From Lama guanicoe (Eukaryota), in NCBI GenBank assembly GCA_013239625.1, contig MU053758.1, positions 1,736,001 through 1,800,000 of the forward strand: a stretch of DNA of 64,000 bases, in the 5' to 3' direction. The notes below the pieces were generated by a model, which was not told where the DNA came from, did not search any database, and saw only the letters and a list, made by a program, of their open reading frames with translations. Of this stretch, positions 50,900 to 62,552 are shown in pieces (within the stretch, counting starts at the first letter, position 1; every line of letters begins with the position of its first letter). The translations under genes were made by a program, and so were the position numbers.

Positions 50900-51815
50900 A
50901 AAAGACCTAAATGGACATTTCTCCAAAGAAGACATCCAGATGGCCAACAGGCACATGAAAAATGTTCAACATTGCTAATTATTAGAGAAATGCAAATCAA
51001 AACCACAATGAGGTATCATCTCACACTGGTCAGAATGGCCATCATCAAAAAGTCTACAAATAATAAATACTGGAGAGGGTGTGGAGAAAAGGAAACCCTC
51101 CTATATTATTAGTGGGAATGTAAATTGGTACAGCCACTATGGAAAACAGTATGGAAGTTCCTTAAAAAACTAAAAATAGAACTACCATATGATCCAGCAA
51201 TCCCCCTCCTGGGCATATATCCAGAAAAAATGAAAACTCTAATTCAAAAAGACAGATGCACCCCAATGTTCATAGCAGTACTATTTACAATAGCCAAGAC
51301 ATGGAAAGAACCCAAGTGACCAACAACAGATGATGGTTTAAGGAGATTATATATATATATATATATATAAAAAATGGAATATATATATAATGGAATATTA
51401 CTCAGCCATAAATAGGAATAAAAATATTGCCATTTGCAGAAACATGGATGGACCTAGAGAATATCACACTTAGGGAAGTAAGTCAGACAAATATTATATG
51501 ATATCACTTATATGTGAAATCTAACATATAATACAAATGAATCTATATACAAAACAAACAGACTCAGACAGAAAACAAACTTATTGTTACTAAAGGGGAA
51601 ACGAGGGGAGGGATAAATTAGTAGTATGGGATTAACAGATGCAAACTACTATACATTAAATAAGCAACAAGGATTTACTGTATAACACAGGGAACTAACT
51701 ATATTCAATATCTTATAATAATCTATAATGGAAAATAATCTGAAAAAATATATATCACTTCAGTGTATACTTGAAACTAACACAATATTAGAAATCAACT
51801 ATACTTCAATTTAAA
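50900..51815 (+). mobile_element. Younger 5'-truncated L1 (ORF2 C-terminus and 3'UTR)
   Basis: [35 protein letters not shown] aaaaatcactgccct at 50883-50897 and 51816-51830. Confidence 0.95.
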
Positions 51816-53399
51816 AAAAATCACTGCCCTATGGAACTTACATTCTAGTACCTGCAAAAATTTCAGAAGTCGCTCCATTTTCTGCCTTTATCCATCTGAT
51901 CAACTCTGCTGTGGTCACAGTGAACTTTGCAATATGTGCATCTGATCAGCATCTTCCGTGGGACCTCATGCTCCTGGGGTCAAGTCTGAGCTGCATGGGA
52001 GTTGCCCTGATCCCTTCCCTTCTGCCCCTTTCTTCCCACTCCTCCTTCACTGAACACTTGTCCCCACTGAACACAGTGGGGCTCTCACATTAGCCTGTAC
52101 ACTCACTTGTCTGCAACACTCTCCCAATAAACTATACAACAAACTCCTGGTCACCTTCAAGTCATAGCTCAGATCTTGCCTCCTCCAAGAAGCCTTGCCT
52201 GACTTCCCCAGGCAGACACTGGAACTCCTTCTCCAGGGCTCCCTCTGTATGTGGTCTGCCCCCCATTATAACACACATCACATTGTAGGGCGCAGTTTGC
52301 CTGCCCACTAGCCAGCCTTTCCTTTCCACTCCGAGCAACCTGCTTTAATCCTTTCTACATCACCAGTGCCTGGCCCATTATCTGGCATGTATCAGGGGGT
52401 CAACAAATGGTAGTGGATTAAATAAATGACAGTGAATTAGTAGGAGTGTCACAGATAGGGAGAGGCTTGAGAGGAAGGAGACAGTGAGTTCTGAACTGGC
52501 CCCAGATCCACCCTTTTCTTGATAATTTGGACTGACCTCGTGGTTAAAAGCAGGGTTCATATTCTGCTTCTGTACCTCAGGACTGTGTGCTCTTTGTGCT
52601 CTGAGCTTGTTTCCTTCTCTGTAAAATGAGAATCTATCTCTCATTGCAAGGAGCATGTTAGATGCCCTGCATGGTGCCTGGCACCTCAGCTCTTGTTAAT
52701 AGTGAGCTGCTGCTGCTATCACTGCTATTGTTGTCACCATCGCCACCACCACCATTGGTGTCCATCCTTGCCTCCTGACCTGCCCATCCCCCAGCACCAT
52801 TCTCCACTATTTCCTCCCTTTTCACCCCTCAAACCATGCTTGACCCACTGTGGTCAGCCTCCACCCCCACTAGTGCCTGGAACTTTCCAGGCGGAAGTCA
52901 TCAGGGAGGGACCTTCTCCTCACACAACCCTTTCCTCCCTTGACCTCTCAATGGCATGTGACCCTGGCATCACTTCCTCCTTATTAAATGTTCTTCTCTG
53001 ACGTCCATGATGAGAACTCCCTGCTTCTCAGGACAGCCTTCTGGCCCTCTCTCTCTCTGGGTCTCCCCAGCACAGACTGCTCATCCAGACCCAAACAATC
53101 AACTGCCTACCGAGCATCACTACCCCATGTGTCACAGACACCCGATGTCAGCATGTCCAAAGCGGTTCCTTGCCAGCTCCACCACCCCACCCCCATACCT
53201 GAGTTCTACTGGGGAGTAGAGAGATGAGCCTGAACTAGTAAGTTCTCAGGCTGCACCTCTGGGAGTCATCCTCTCGGTCTTGCCTTGTCCCAGTCTTAAC
53301 ATCCCAGATTCTTTACATCCTTATACACTGCCTTTCTCTCATCTCCTCTGCTTCTGCCAGAGTCAAACCTTCATCTCTCAACTGGACCCTTGCCACTTG

Positions 53400-53560
53400 C
53401 TATTCAAGTGTGCTCTTTGGATCAGGAACAGCATCACCTGAGAGCTTGCTAAAAATGCTGGATCTCAGACCCCTACCCCAGACCCACTGAATCATACTCT
53501 GCATTTTAACAAGACCCCCAGGGGATTCACACGCACTTTAAAGGTTGAGAAGTGCTGTCC
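53400..53560. mobile_element. MER5A-like DNA transposon
   Basis: cagcatcacctgagagcttg...cccagacccactgaatcatactctgcattttaacaagacccccagg. Confidence 0.75.
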
Positions 53561-55259
53561 TAACGAATCTCCCAACCTCTAGCCTCCCCCCAACCCTAAC
53601 CAATCCCAGACTTAACAACCAGTGTGCAATAAGGCTATGCACCCCTTACTTAAAAGCCCTAGTGGCTCCCCACCACCCTCAGGATTAAATCTAAACTCCT
53701 TAGCAAAATATCCAAGGTCCCCTTAATCTGGTTTTTGGCCATCCCCCTAACTCTCCCTCCTGTTCTCCTACTACACATACCATCATGTGGTTCCCACAAC
53801 GTACAACTTCAATACACTTTGCTGGTTCCTACCTCTGTGCCTTTGAACATGCTGTCCCTCCCTGCCTGGAATGCTCTTCTGCTCCTTATCTGCCTGCAAA
53901 CACTCCCTCACACACTTGGTTCCAGCTCAGGCTTTCCCTGACCCCATAAACACCGTTACTTCCTTCCTGCCAATGTCAGCACTGTTTTTAGCATTGTCAC
54001 AACCCTTATCGTCTTGAATTGAAGTTATTTTTCTACATATCTGTCATTCTGTCATTCCTGCTATCCTAGCTACTATCTGTGTATATCCTAGGGCCTGCCC
54101 ATGATGATTTAATGAAGTGTTCGCTGAAAGATGGAATAATACATCTTTCTCAACTTCTGTCCTGATGGCAACTATAACAGGAGGAATGGAGATTAGACTG
54201 CAGGAGGAACTGGTGGAAAAGAGGAACATAGCACATGCTATTTTTCTGTCATCTCTCAGCCTGGAAACTTCCCCAAGAGCAAAGTCATCAACCACAGACT
54301 GTTAACTCCAAGGGGATTTTCAATATCCAGTCACCCAACCAAATGCCAGAGAGGGCAACTGCTTTGCCTAAGGTCACTCAGCTGGTTAGGGGCAGGACTG
54401 GGAGTAAATTTCCAATAGCTCTGGGAAAACCTCACGCCATGAACCTCTTCCCTTCCTACTCATCTTAACTCCGTAAAGGAAGTCCCTTAAGTCCTAACAA
54501 GGTCAAAAAGACTCTGGGGACTCAGTCACAGCTCTTGAAACACCCATGGGGACCTTGGCTGGCTGGAGTTGCCAAAGCCCTGCAGATCGAAGGAGGGGAT
54601 CCGATTATCCCCATTTTCCAGATTGGCAAAAGGAGGCAGTAAGACTGTGTTACACTGCTAGCTAATAGCAGAGCCAGGACTTGACACTAAGTACTGTGCT
54701 CTTCCCGTAGAAAGATCTGAAAAGCCAAAAATCCCACCCGAGCAGAGTCACTACTTACAATAATCATGACGACTAAGCCTCCTAATGCTTGGGGAATCCC
54801 CTCGCTCCCACCAGTTCCTCTTTAAATTGAGCCTCATCCCTCTTGCACAGGATGTCTGACTTAGGAAAGAACCTGTGCACCCACCCTCACACCCCAACCA
54901 AGCCTACTGTAGACATCAGGCAGAGTCATAACTTTTGACGGGGAAATCACCCTTCCGTGTGCCAGGCACTTCACAGTGTCACTGCTCACAAAAACCCTGA
55001 GGTTGGTACTATGTCCGCATTCTGAGATGGGGAAACTGAGAGTCCCAGATAAGGCATTACTAATCCATGGTCAAAGCCAAAAATGGCTAGGCTGGGTACC
55101 AAACCCAGGCCTTTCTGACTCTAGCGCCCCCTCTTTCTATCTGGCCACGCCAGTCTCTCCCAGCTGGCAGGTAAACCACCTGAAGCCTCTTACTGGCTGG
55201 GTTACCTCGGGAAAGTAACTTAACCTCTCTGAATGCCCCCAAGGTCAGAAGCTTTGCTT

Positions 55260-55860
55260 TCGGGGGAGAAAGTGATATGCAAACGAGACGCAAATGAGAC
55301 GCGAAGCCGCGGGCGCCGGCGCAGTTCTTTCCCGGAGCCCGGGGCTTTCTAATGGGGACCGCGCGCCCCCAGCTCGCGAGACCGGCAAAACCAAGCGCCC
55401 CGCCGGCTAGCAGAAGCGAAACCTCAACACTCTTCAGCCTCCCCCGCTCGGTTCCGGGAACCAGCGAGCCAGGCTTCGTGGAAACGTGCCCCGCGGTAGC
55501 CACTTCGGATACCGGGACCGCTCCGACCACAGCCCGCAGTCCTGGCCCGGGAGGTGCGGGGGCCGGCGCGGTCGGGCCCGAGCAGCAGCGCGATGCGCGC
55601 TTCCGCCCCGCTCGGCTCCGGCGCCGGCGGCGGCGGCCCCACAATCCCCTTCTGGCTCCGGGGACGGGCGGGGCGGGGCGGGGCGGGGCGGGCCGAGCGG
55701 GCGGAAATAATTTTCTGTTTGGTCCTCTCTGCCCCAGTCCCTTAGCCGCGGGACGCGCGAGGCGGGCGAGCGTGCTGGAGGCGGGAAGCGGGAGCAGTAA
55801 CGCGCTGCCCTGGCACGCTTAGAGGGGCGGACAGGGGACGAGCAGGGATTGAGCGCCTAC
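55260..55860. promoter_or_regulatory. CpG island with tandem GC boxes
   Basis: High CpG; (GGGGC)n run at about 55665-55695. Confidence 0.85.
55512..55582 (-). ncRNA. MIR4734: Ortholog of the human MIR4734 hairpin
   Basis: Reverse complement ctcgggcccgaccgcgccggcccccgcacctcccgggccaggactgcgggctgtggtcggagcggtcccgg closely resembles the recalled hsa-mir-4734 precursor; about 3 kb upstream of MLLT6. Function as a miRNA is not shown. Confidence 0.65.
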
Positions 55861-58199
55861 TGTGTGCCCTAGCACTTTCCAAAAGGATTTTCGTTAGATT
55901 TTCCCTGCAGCCCTTGCCAGAGGGGGTTAATGCCTTATTTAAGAGGGACAAGTTGAGCCTCTGAGAGGTGAAGTCACTCGCCGAAAACTGGACAGCCAGG
56001 ATCAGCCTGAAACCCCAGATCTGTGCTCCATTACGCCAGGGAGAGCAAGATGAACTTGAACCACTTGTTGGCCGAATCCTGCTCTTTCTGGTTTTTCCTG
56101 GATTGGCACATAGTAGGTGCTCAGGAAGATGCTGGAAGATGGAGATGGAGCTTGACAGCTCAGCCCAGGAAGTACCCGCCGAGAATCCAGCCTAGCCTGT
56201 GGGGCACCCGGTTTCCCCAGACCTCAGAAAGGAACATTTGCGATGGGCGGACATCCTAGTTCGACACAGGCATTCGGCGAACACGTGGTGGTGGAGCCCC
56301 AGCCCCAGTAGAGGACAGACTGGGTTCAAATCCCCGCTCTGTAGCTTTGACTGTGTGACTTTGGGCAAGTCACTTCATTTGCCCGACCATCAGTTGCTCC
56401 ATCTCTAAAACGGGGTTATTAATATCCACCCCCAAAGGGCTGTGGGTGGTTTAAACGAAACTGTTCCTAATACACTTACTAAACGCGCAAGTATCTTCGT
56501 CAGTTCATTCCACAAACTTCGGGCAGTCTTCCCGCACGGGGTGAGCGCCCGAACAAAGTCTCCTCGGCCCCATTCCATAAGCCGCCCACCCCTGGACGCA
56601 GGGACAGACGAGCCTTAGAGTGACCCTCGTCCAGCGAAACCCGAAACTACAGTCGGTCGCCTCGAGAGGTCGGTCCCGAAATCAAATATTCAAATATTCC
56701 GAAACTGGCGTATGGATGGGGCTGACATTTTTGCGTTTAATTCCCTTGATGTTTTACTCTTGTCCGTAAAGGTAATTCGTTACAAACTCCTAAATGAGAC
56801 TTCTGGTCTGTGTCAACTTTTCGTATGAGCGAAGTTTAACAAAGCAGTCCAAGATATCGGCGCCTGGCAGTCCTCGCGGGGATCCCGGTCCTGGGACCGG
56901 CCCCCGACAATCCCTTGGTTCTCGGCCCCCTACCCCAGGCGCGGAAGCGGCATAATAGGCCTCTCCCCACCCACCCCGCCCCGCCGTTTAGACCAAGCCT
57001 TTTCGCCCTGGCAGCCCTCCGGATTCCAGTATCCCTGCAAGAGTGTGGGGAGGTGGAGGCTGCAGCCCAGAAACCAGCTTCCCCGACCTCCCCAAACTCC
57101 AGCCTCGCGGGGATTAAGGGAGTAAATCCCTGACGCCACAGACCAGGTCAAGGACAAGTTCTCCCCCGCCCTACTCCCCACTCCTGGGCGGGGATTCACC
57201 CCCCCTTCCCGGATGAAAGGTACTAAATAGACGAGAAGGGAGGGGTGGCGGCGGGTCCCAGCCCCTTGATGTTCCGGTTGAACAGGTGCTGGTGAAAAGG
57301 AGGCGGTCCCGGCGGAAGAGTCGGCCAGGGGGGCCTGCGGCAAAGAGGGGGCAGCCTCCTCCACCCTCAGTCCTCCTGCCGGTTTTCCCCGATCTTCTCC
57401 CTCTGCCCCTCCCCCGCAGGAAGCGTTCCCTGCCCGACGTCTTTGAAGTGTCGCTGAAGCCCCCAGGGCTGCCTTCTCCCCTCCGCTACCCCATCTCACG
57501 CTGAGGGAGTGTGACCTTTGGTCCCTGCGGGCGTCCACTCCCCCCTTTAGGAAGCAGGGGGGTTATGTTTCGTCCCCCTTGCCCACGCCCGTCTTGGGGA
57601 TGACGCCTTCGGGCTGACGTCCCCTCACTTCTTCCTCAGACCGCATTTCAGAGACTTTAATTCTTTCCGGTGCTGTGTGTGAGTTTATGTCGTGTGTGTG
57701 CGTGCATAGTGGTCAAGTGTAAATGTGTTGTTCGTGAGCACTTCCGCAGTAGTGGCTCTCTAACTCGGGTGGGTCTCTAAGCGCGCCTGAGGGTCTGGAA
57801 CTCGAGTTTGTGCCCCTCTGGGAGGATACTGTGGCTGGATGAGGCTAAGAGCGAGTTTCTGTGTCTGGGGGTGCCTCGGCGTGCCTCTGAGGGGTCCGAG
57901 TCCCTGTAAGTGCGTGTCTTTCTGTAAGGTGGACCGGAAGCTCCCCGAGGGCAGGAATATCCGTTTGTTCACTCCTTTATATCAACGACTGCACACAGTA
58001 AGCATTCAATAAATACTTGTTGAATGAACAAATGTCTCCTTGTAAGACTGTCTACCCCCTAGGGAGGCCTCGGAGGAAAGAGCCCACCCGCGGCCATACA
58101 AAAATCCTCCCCAGACACGGAGAGGTGAACGACCCACGACGTTCCTGCTCTTGTTCCTTCTAGCGCCCCTTCCTCTGATCTCCACCTCCAAGTTTCCTT

Positions 58200-59150
58200 G
58201 CTGCTGAAGAACAGTCGCTGAGACGAAGACCTGGGCGGAAGGGGCTGGAGAGTTGGAGACCGGGGGCCGAGACCCAAGGGCAAACAGATGGAGGGCGCAG
58301 TAGCGCCAACCCAGAACCGAGAGCCGTAGAAAGAAAAAGAAAGAGGGGAAAGAAGCGCGGAGCGAAAGAGCGAAAAGCTCCCTACCAAGCCAGGCTTTGT
58401 TCCCTGAACCTAAGACTTTACCCGGCGGCGGGCGGCGGGCGGGCGGGGAGCGAGCGGGCGGCGGCGCGCGGCCATGGCTGCCGCGGCCGGGCAGGGGGGC
58501 CNNNNNNNNNNNNNNNNNNNNNNNNNNNNNNNNNNNNNNNNNNNNNNNNNNNNNNNNNNNNNNNNNNNNNNNNNNNNNNNNNNNNNNNNNNNNNNNNNNN
58601 NNNNNNNNNNNNNNNNNNNNNNNNNNNNNNNNNNNNNNNNNNNNNNNNNNNNNNNNNNNNNNNNNNNNNNNNNNNNNNNNNNNNNNNNNNNNNNNNNNNN
58701 NNNNNNNNNNNNNNNNNNNNNNNNNNNNNNNNNNNNNNNNNNNNNNNNNNNNNNNNNNNNNNNNNNNNCGACCCCCGCCGGCCGGCCCCCCGCCCCAGCC
58801 CCGGAGGGAGCTCATGGGAGTATGAAGGAGATGGTAGGAGGCTGCTGCGTATGTTCGGACGAGAGGGGCTGGGCCGAGAACCCGCTGGTCTACTGTGATG
58901 GGCACGCGTGTAGCGTGGCTGTCCACCAAGGTACGGGGGTGGCCCGCGGGGGCGGCGGGACCCTTGGGGCGGCGTGCGCAGGGCGCCCCTGGCCACGCCC
59001 TCCGGAGACCTCCTGGGGCTAGGGTGCCCCTCCCCCACCCCCACCTGAAGGGATGGGAGGCGTCGTGGGGGCTCCCCCCGCCCGGTCCTGGAGGACCGGG
59101 TCAGGCATTGTTTTCTTGCCTATTGTTCCAGTCCCGCGCCCCCCACCCCA
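58200..59150 (+). promoter_or_regulatory. MLLT6 promoter / exon 1 CpG island (contains N gap 58502-58768)
   Basis: CpG-dense flanks of the gap directly before coding exon 1. Confidence 0.8.
58822..58930 (+). CDS. MLLT6: MLLT6 (AF17) coding exon 1
   Basis: MKEMVGGCCVCSDERGWAENPLVYCDGHACSVAVHQ; donor G|gtacgg. Confidence 0.95.
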
Positions 59151-60140
59151 AGTTGAGGGAGTTTGGGGACAGTCTAGGGGGCAATGAGTGCATTCTCCGC
59201 GCCCCTCACTACCAGTGTCGGGGCTGCTAGGAGAATGTTTACCTGCGAGGTGTCCCCTCCCGCCTGGTTATTTTGGTCTTGGCTGTCGGAGGGAGAGGTC
59301 AAAGGGGGGTCATCCCCCCTCCCGCTTCCGGATACTGGGAGGAGCGGAATTGGGAAGGGAGGAGAAGGGTCCCAGGGGAGAAGGGACTCCTAAAATCCTC
59401 TAGGGAAGAGCTGCGGGTAGGAGAGAGGTTGCGCAGGGGGCCGGGAATAGAGAAGAGGGAGGTTTGGAGTTTCCCCCAGCAGCACATGGTTCGGGAGTTA
59501 ACTCCTTGAGGAATCTTGCCGAGGGCGCAGGCTGGCATCTCCCGCCTGTCTAGCGTAGCCAACTGCCCCCCCCCTCCCTGGGACAGCCCTTAATCCTGTC
59601 CCTGTGGGCTCTTCCCGCCACTCTCCTCCGGGTTACCTGCATGGCACCTGCTCTTGGCCTTGACTTTTGACCTGTACCTATTATAGTTACAGGCAGAAGA
59701 TGAGGTCCCTGGACCCCCAACTTCCCTGCCTCTTCCATTACTGGCCCTTTAAGAAATGCCCCCCCCATAACAACAAAACGTGTTTGACTGTAGTAAATGT
59801 TATTTCTCTGATTTTCTCTATTCCTGATGATGACGACTGGTCCTGGCAGGAGCTGGTTACAGAAAAGGTGTTGGGGGGAGGATCTGCTAGAAGTTTAAGG
59901 TCAAGGACTCACTCAGACTTCCGATCCCTGCTTGGAATGCTCGGTTGTGTGGTTGAAAGCTGGCTGTGTGCTGTTGGGCGTTCCTTGTGGTCCTGCTGTC
60001 TAGAGAGCGATCTCTGGGCAGGGGAGCAGCCCCCCTCCTGGAACTGGCTCTAGTCCTTCAGAGTCACTCCCTACCCCTAGTGACTCTAGGAAAAGCCACT
60101 GCTGATAGATTTGCTTGTGATTCTTCTCCCTCACCCCCAG

Positions 60141-60220
60141 CTTGCTATGGCATCGTCCAGGTGCCAACAGGACCCTGGTTCTGCCGGAAATGTGAATCTC
60201 AGGAGCGAGCAGCCAGGGTG
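60141..60220 (+). CDS. MLLT6: MLLT6 exon 2
   Basis: cccag|CT...ACYGIVQVPTGPWFCRKCESQERAARV|gtgagt. Confidence 0.95.
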
Positions 60221-60701
60221 GTGAGTTTGAGACTCCCTTCCCCCCTCCTGTACACCTGAGCATCCCCTCCCTCCCCGTTGAGCTAGGGGACTCTGAGGTT
60301 GAGGCTAGGGTAGGACTGTCACACAGGACTTCCTGTTTCCTGCACACCTATCACCAACCCCATCTCTCCCTCAGCTTATCCCTCACTGCGCCCTACGTCA
60401 GGCACCGGGCCTTTTTTTTAACTTGCTTGTTTGTTTGAGCTTTTTTACAATGGAAAGTTTCCAATGTTTATAAAAGTAGAGGGAATATTACAATGAACCT
60501 CATGTCCTCATCACCGATCTTCAAAAATTTTCACTCATGGTCAATCCTGTTTCCTCTGTACCCCCACCAGTCTTCCATAGACACCTTATTTCATCCTGGG
60601 GCCCTCCAAATGTATTCAGGGAGGGCCCAGCTGAGCAGATCCCCCACCCCTTTTAGGAAGGCCTGCCCCCCCAAATCCCTGTGCCTCCCTTATATTGGCA
60701 G

Positions 60702-60756
60702 AGGTGTGAGCTGTGCCCACACAAAGACGGGGCATTGAAGAGGACTGACAATGGAG
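60702..60756 (+). CDS. MLLT6: MLLT6 exon 3
   Basis: gcag|RCELCPHKDGALKRTDNG|gtgagg. Confidence 0.95.
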
Positions 60757-61006
60757 GTGAGGGGTCCCTGAGCCCCAGGGCTCATCTGTGGAGGTCAGCA
60801 AGGCCCCCTGAGCAGGGTCTGGGAAGGCAGGAGTGGACTGCGGGCAGGGGTGGGGTGCAAAGGCTGCGTTTCCCTGCCCTTCCCTGGCTGGTATTGGAGT
60901 CTGATGGGAAGGCTGTGGAGGAGGGGACCATCTGCAGTGTGGGGTTGTGAGGGGTTGGGGTCTCGGGCTCGCCATCACAGCTGAGGCCGGCCCCACACCG
61001 CCCCAG

Positions 61007-61116
61007 GCTGGGCCCACGTGGTGTGTGCCCTCTACATCCCTGAGGTGCAGTTTGCCAACGTGCTCACCATGGAGCCCATCGTGCTGCAGTACGTGCCTCA
61101 TGATCGCTTCAACAAG
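61007..61116 (+). CDS. MLLT6: MLLT6 exon 4
   Basis: ccag|GWAHVVCALYIPEVQFANVLTMEPIVLQYVPHDRFNK|gtcagc. Confidence 0.95.
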
Positions 61117-61809
61117 GTCAGCGGCCCCTACTGTGCCCCATACCAGTCCTCTCCCTAGCCAACAATTCTTGGGTCCCTCCAGTCCTCTCTTCGTCCAGTG
61201 TAATTTGATTCTGTCCAACCAACACTTTTCAGGGAACTCAGGAGGTAGGTAGGCAGCTTCCACTGACAGACGCTGCTTTCGCTCTGGAACTCAAGTGAAG
61301 CAGCAGGCTCCCCTGCAGTTGTACTGCCTGAAGGTAGACCTCAGCAAGCAGTTCACTCTTTCGTTCACCAAACACATTTCACTGAGTGCCTACTATGTGC
61401 CCAAACTGGGCCAAGGTACCAAGCGCACAGTGTTTAGTACTGATCAAGACAGATGTGCTCCCTGCCCCATGGAACTCATACTCCTGTGTGGGAAGACTAT
61501 AAATATCAGTAAACAGGCAAATAAAGTAAATGCAATTTGTGGTAAGTGCTGTGAAGAAAATAAACAAGGTACTGAAATAAAGAATACCCTATGGGGGGCT
61601 TACTTTAGATAAAGTAGTCAAGGAAAAAGACATTTTGGTTGAGACCTGGCAAATGAGAAGGAGCCAGCGGTTGGTGGAGGGGGGGTCAGGTGGCAGGGGA
61701 TTGTTCCAGGTTCCAGGCAGAAGGAACAGCATGTGCAGAGGCTCAGAGGTGGGAATAAACTCACTGCTGAGCCAGACAGACATAGTCTCTGGCCTTAAGG
61801 GATCGCCAT

Positions 61810-62010
61810 CCAAGGACTGCACTATCCAATATAGTAGCCACCAGCCACCCATGGCTATGCAAGTTAATTACAGTTAAATACAATTTAAAATTCAGTTCCT
61901 CACTCACACTGGCCACATTTCCATAGCCCATGTGGTTCATGGCTGCTACATCGGACAGCACAGTATAGGACATTTTCATCATCACAGAAAGTGCTGTTGG
62001 ATTGCACTGA
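61810..62010. mobile_element. MER3-like hAT element in MLLT6 intron 4
   Basis: tgcactatccaatatagtagccacc...aaaattcagttcctca...gaaagtgctgttggattgcactg. Confidence 0.7.
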
Positions 62011-62101
62011 CCCAGGATCACAAGGAGAAAATGAAACTGGGGGGGGGGGCGGGATCCGTCAGATATAAGGGAGGAGGGGACGATTGCACTCTGTCCTGCA
62101 G

Positions 62102-62205
62102 ACATGTTACATCTGCGAGGAGCAGGGCCGGGAGAGCAAGGCAGCCTCAGGAGCCTGCATGACCTGTAACCGCCACGGATGTCGACAAGCTTTTCATGTC
62201 ACCTG
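62102..62205 (+). CDS. MLLT6: MLLT6 exon 5
   Basis: tgcag|TCYICEEQGRESKAASGACMTCNRHGCRQAFHVT(C)|gtgaga. Confidence 0.95.
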
Positions 62206-62458
62206 GTGAGACGTCTGCCTGCCCTGCACCCACCCCGCAGGGTTCCCTGGGATCCCTGGCCAGCTGTACCAACCCCCTCTGAGGTTTGCCATGGATGGCT
62301 GCCAAATGCACTCATCCTAGCTGCTGTCTCTTTGGTCATGATAGCAGTGCTTTCCTTGGGTGGCCTTGTCCTTGCCCCAGCAGGGGTCTAGGAGGGGGAA
62401 GGCAGGTGGCAGGTCTGGTTTGTGGCCACACCCTTCTCAGGTGGACCTTCTTGGTTAG

Positions 62459-62552
62459 TGCCCAGATGGCAGGCCTGCTGTGTGAGGAAGAAGTGCTGGA
62501 GGTCGACAATGTCAAGTACTGTGGCTACTGCAAATACCACTTCAGCAAGATG
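62459..62552 (+). CDS. MLLT6: MLLT6 exon 6 (gene continues beyond the window)
   Basis: ttag|(C)AQMAGLLCEEEVLEVDNVKYCGYCKYHFSKM|gtgagt. Exons 1-6 total 552 nt in frame and encode the PHD/Zn-knuckle/PHD (PZP) module. Confidence 0.93.

Noticed and set aside
55087..57538. 150-200 aa ORFs in the upstream CpG islands
   Set aside because: Expected by chance at this GC content; no recognisable domains.
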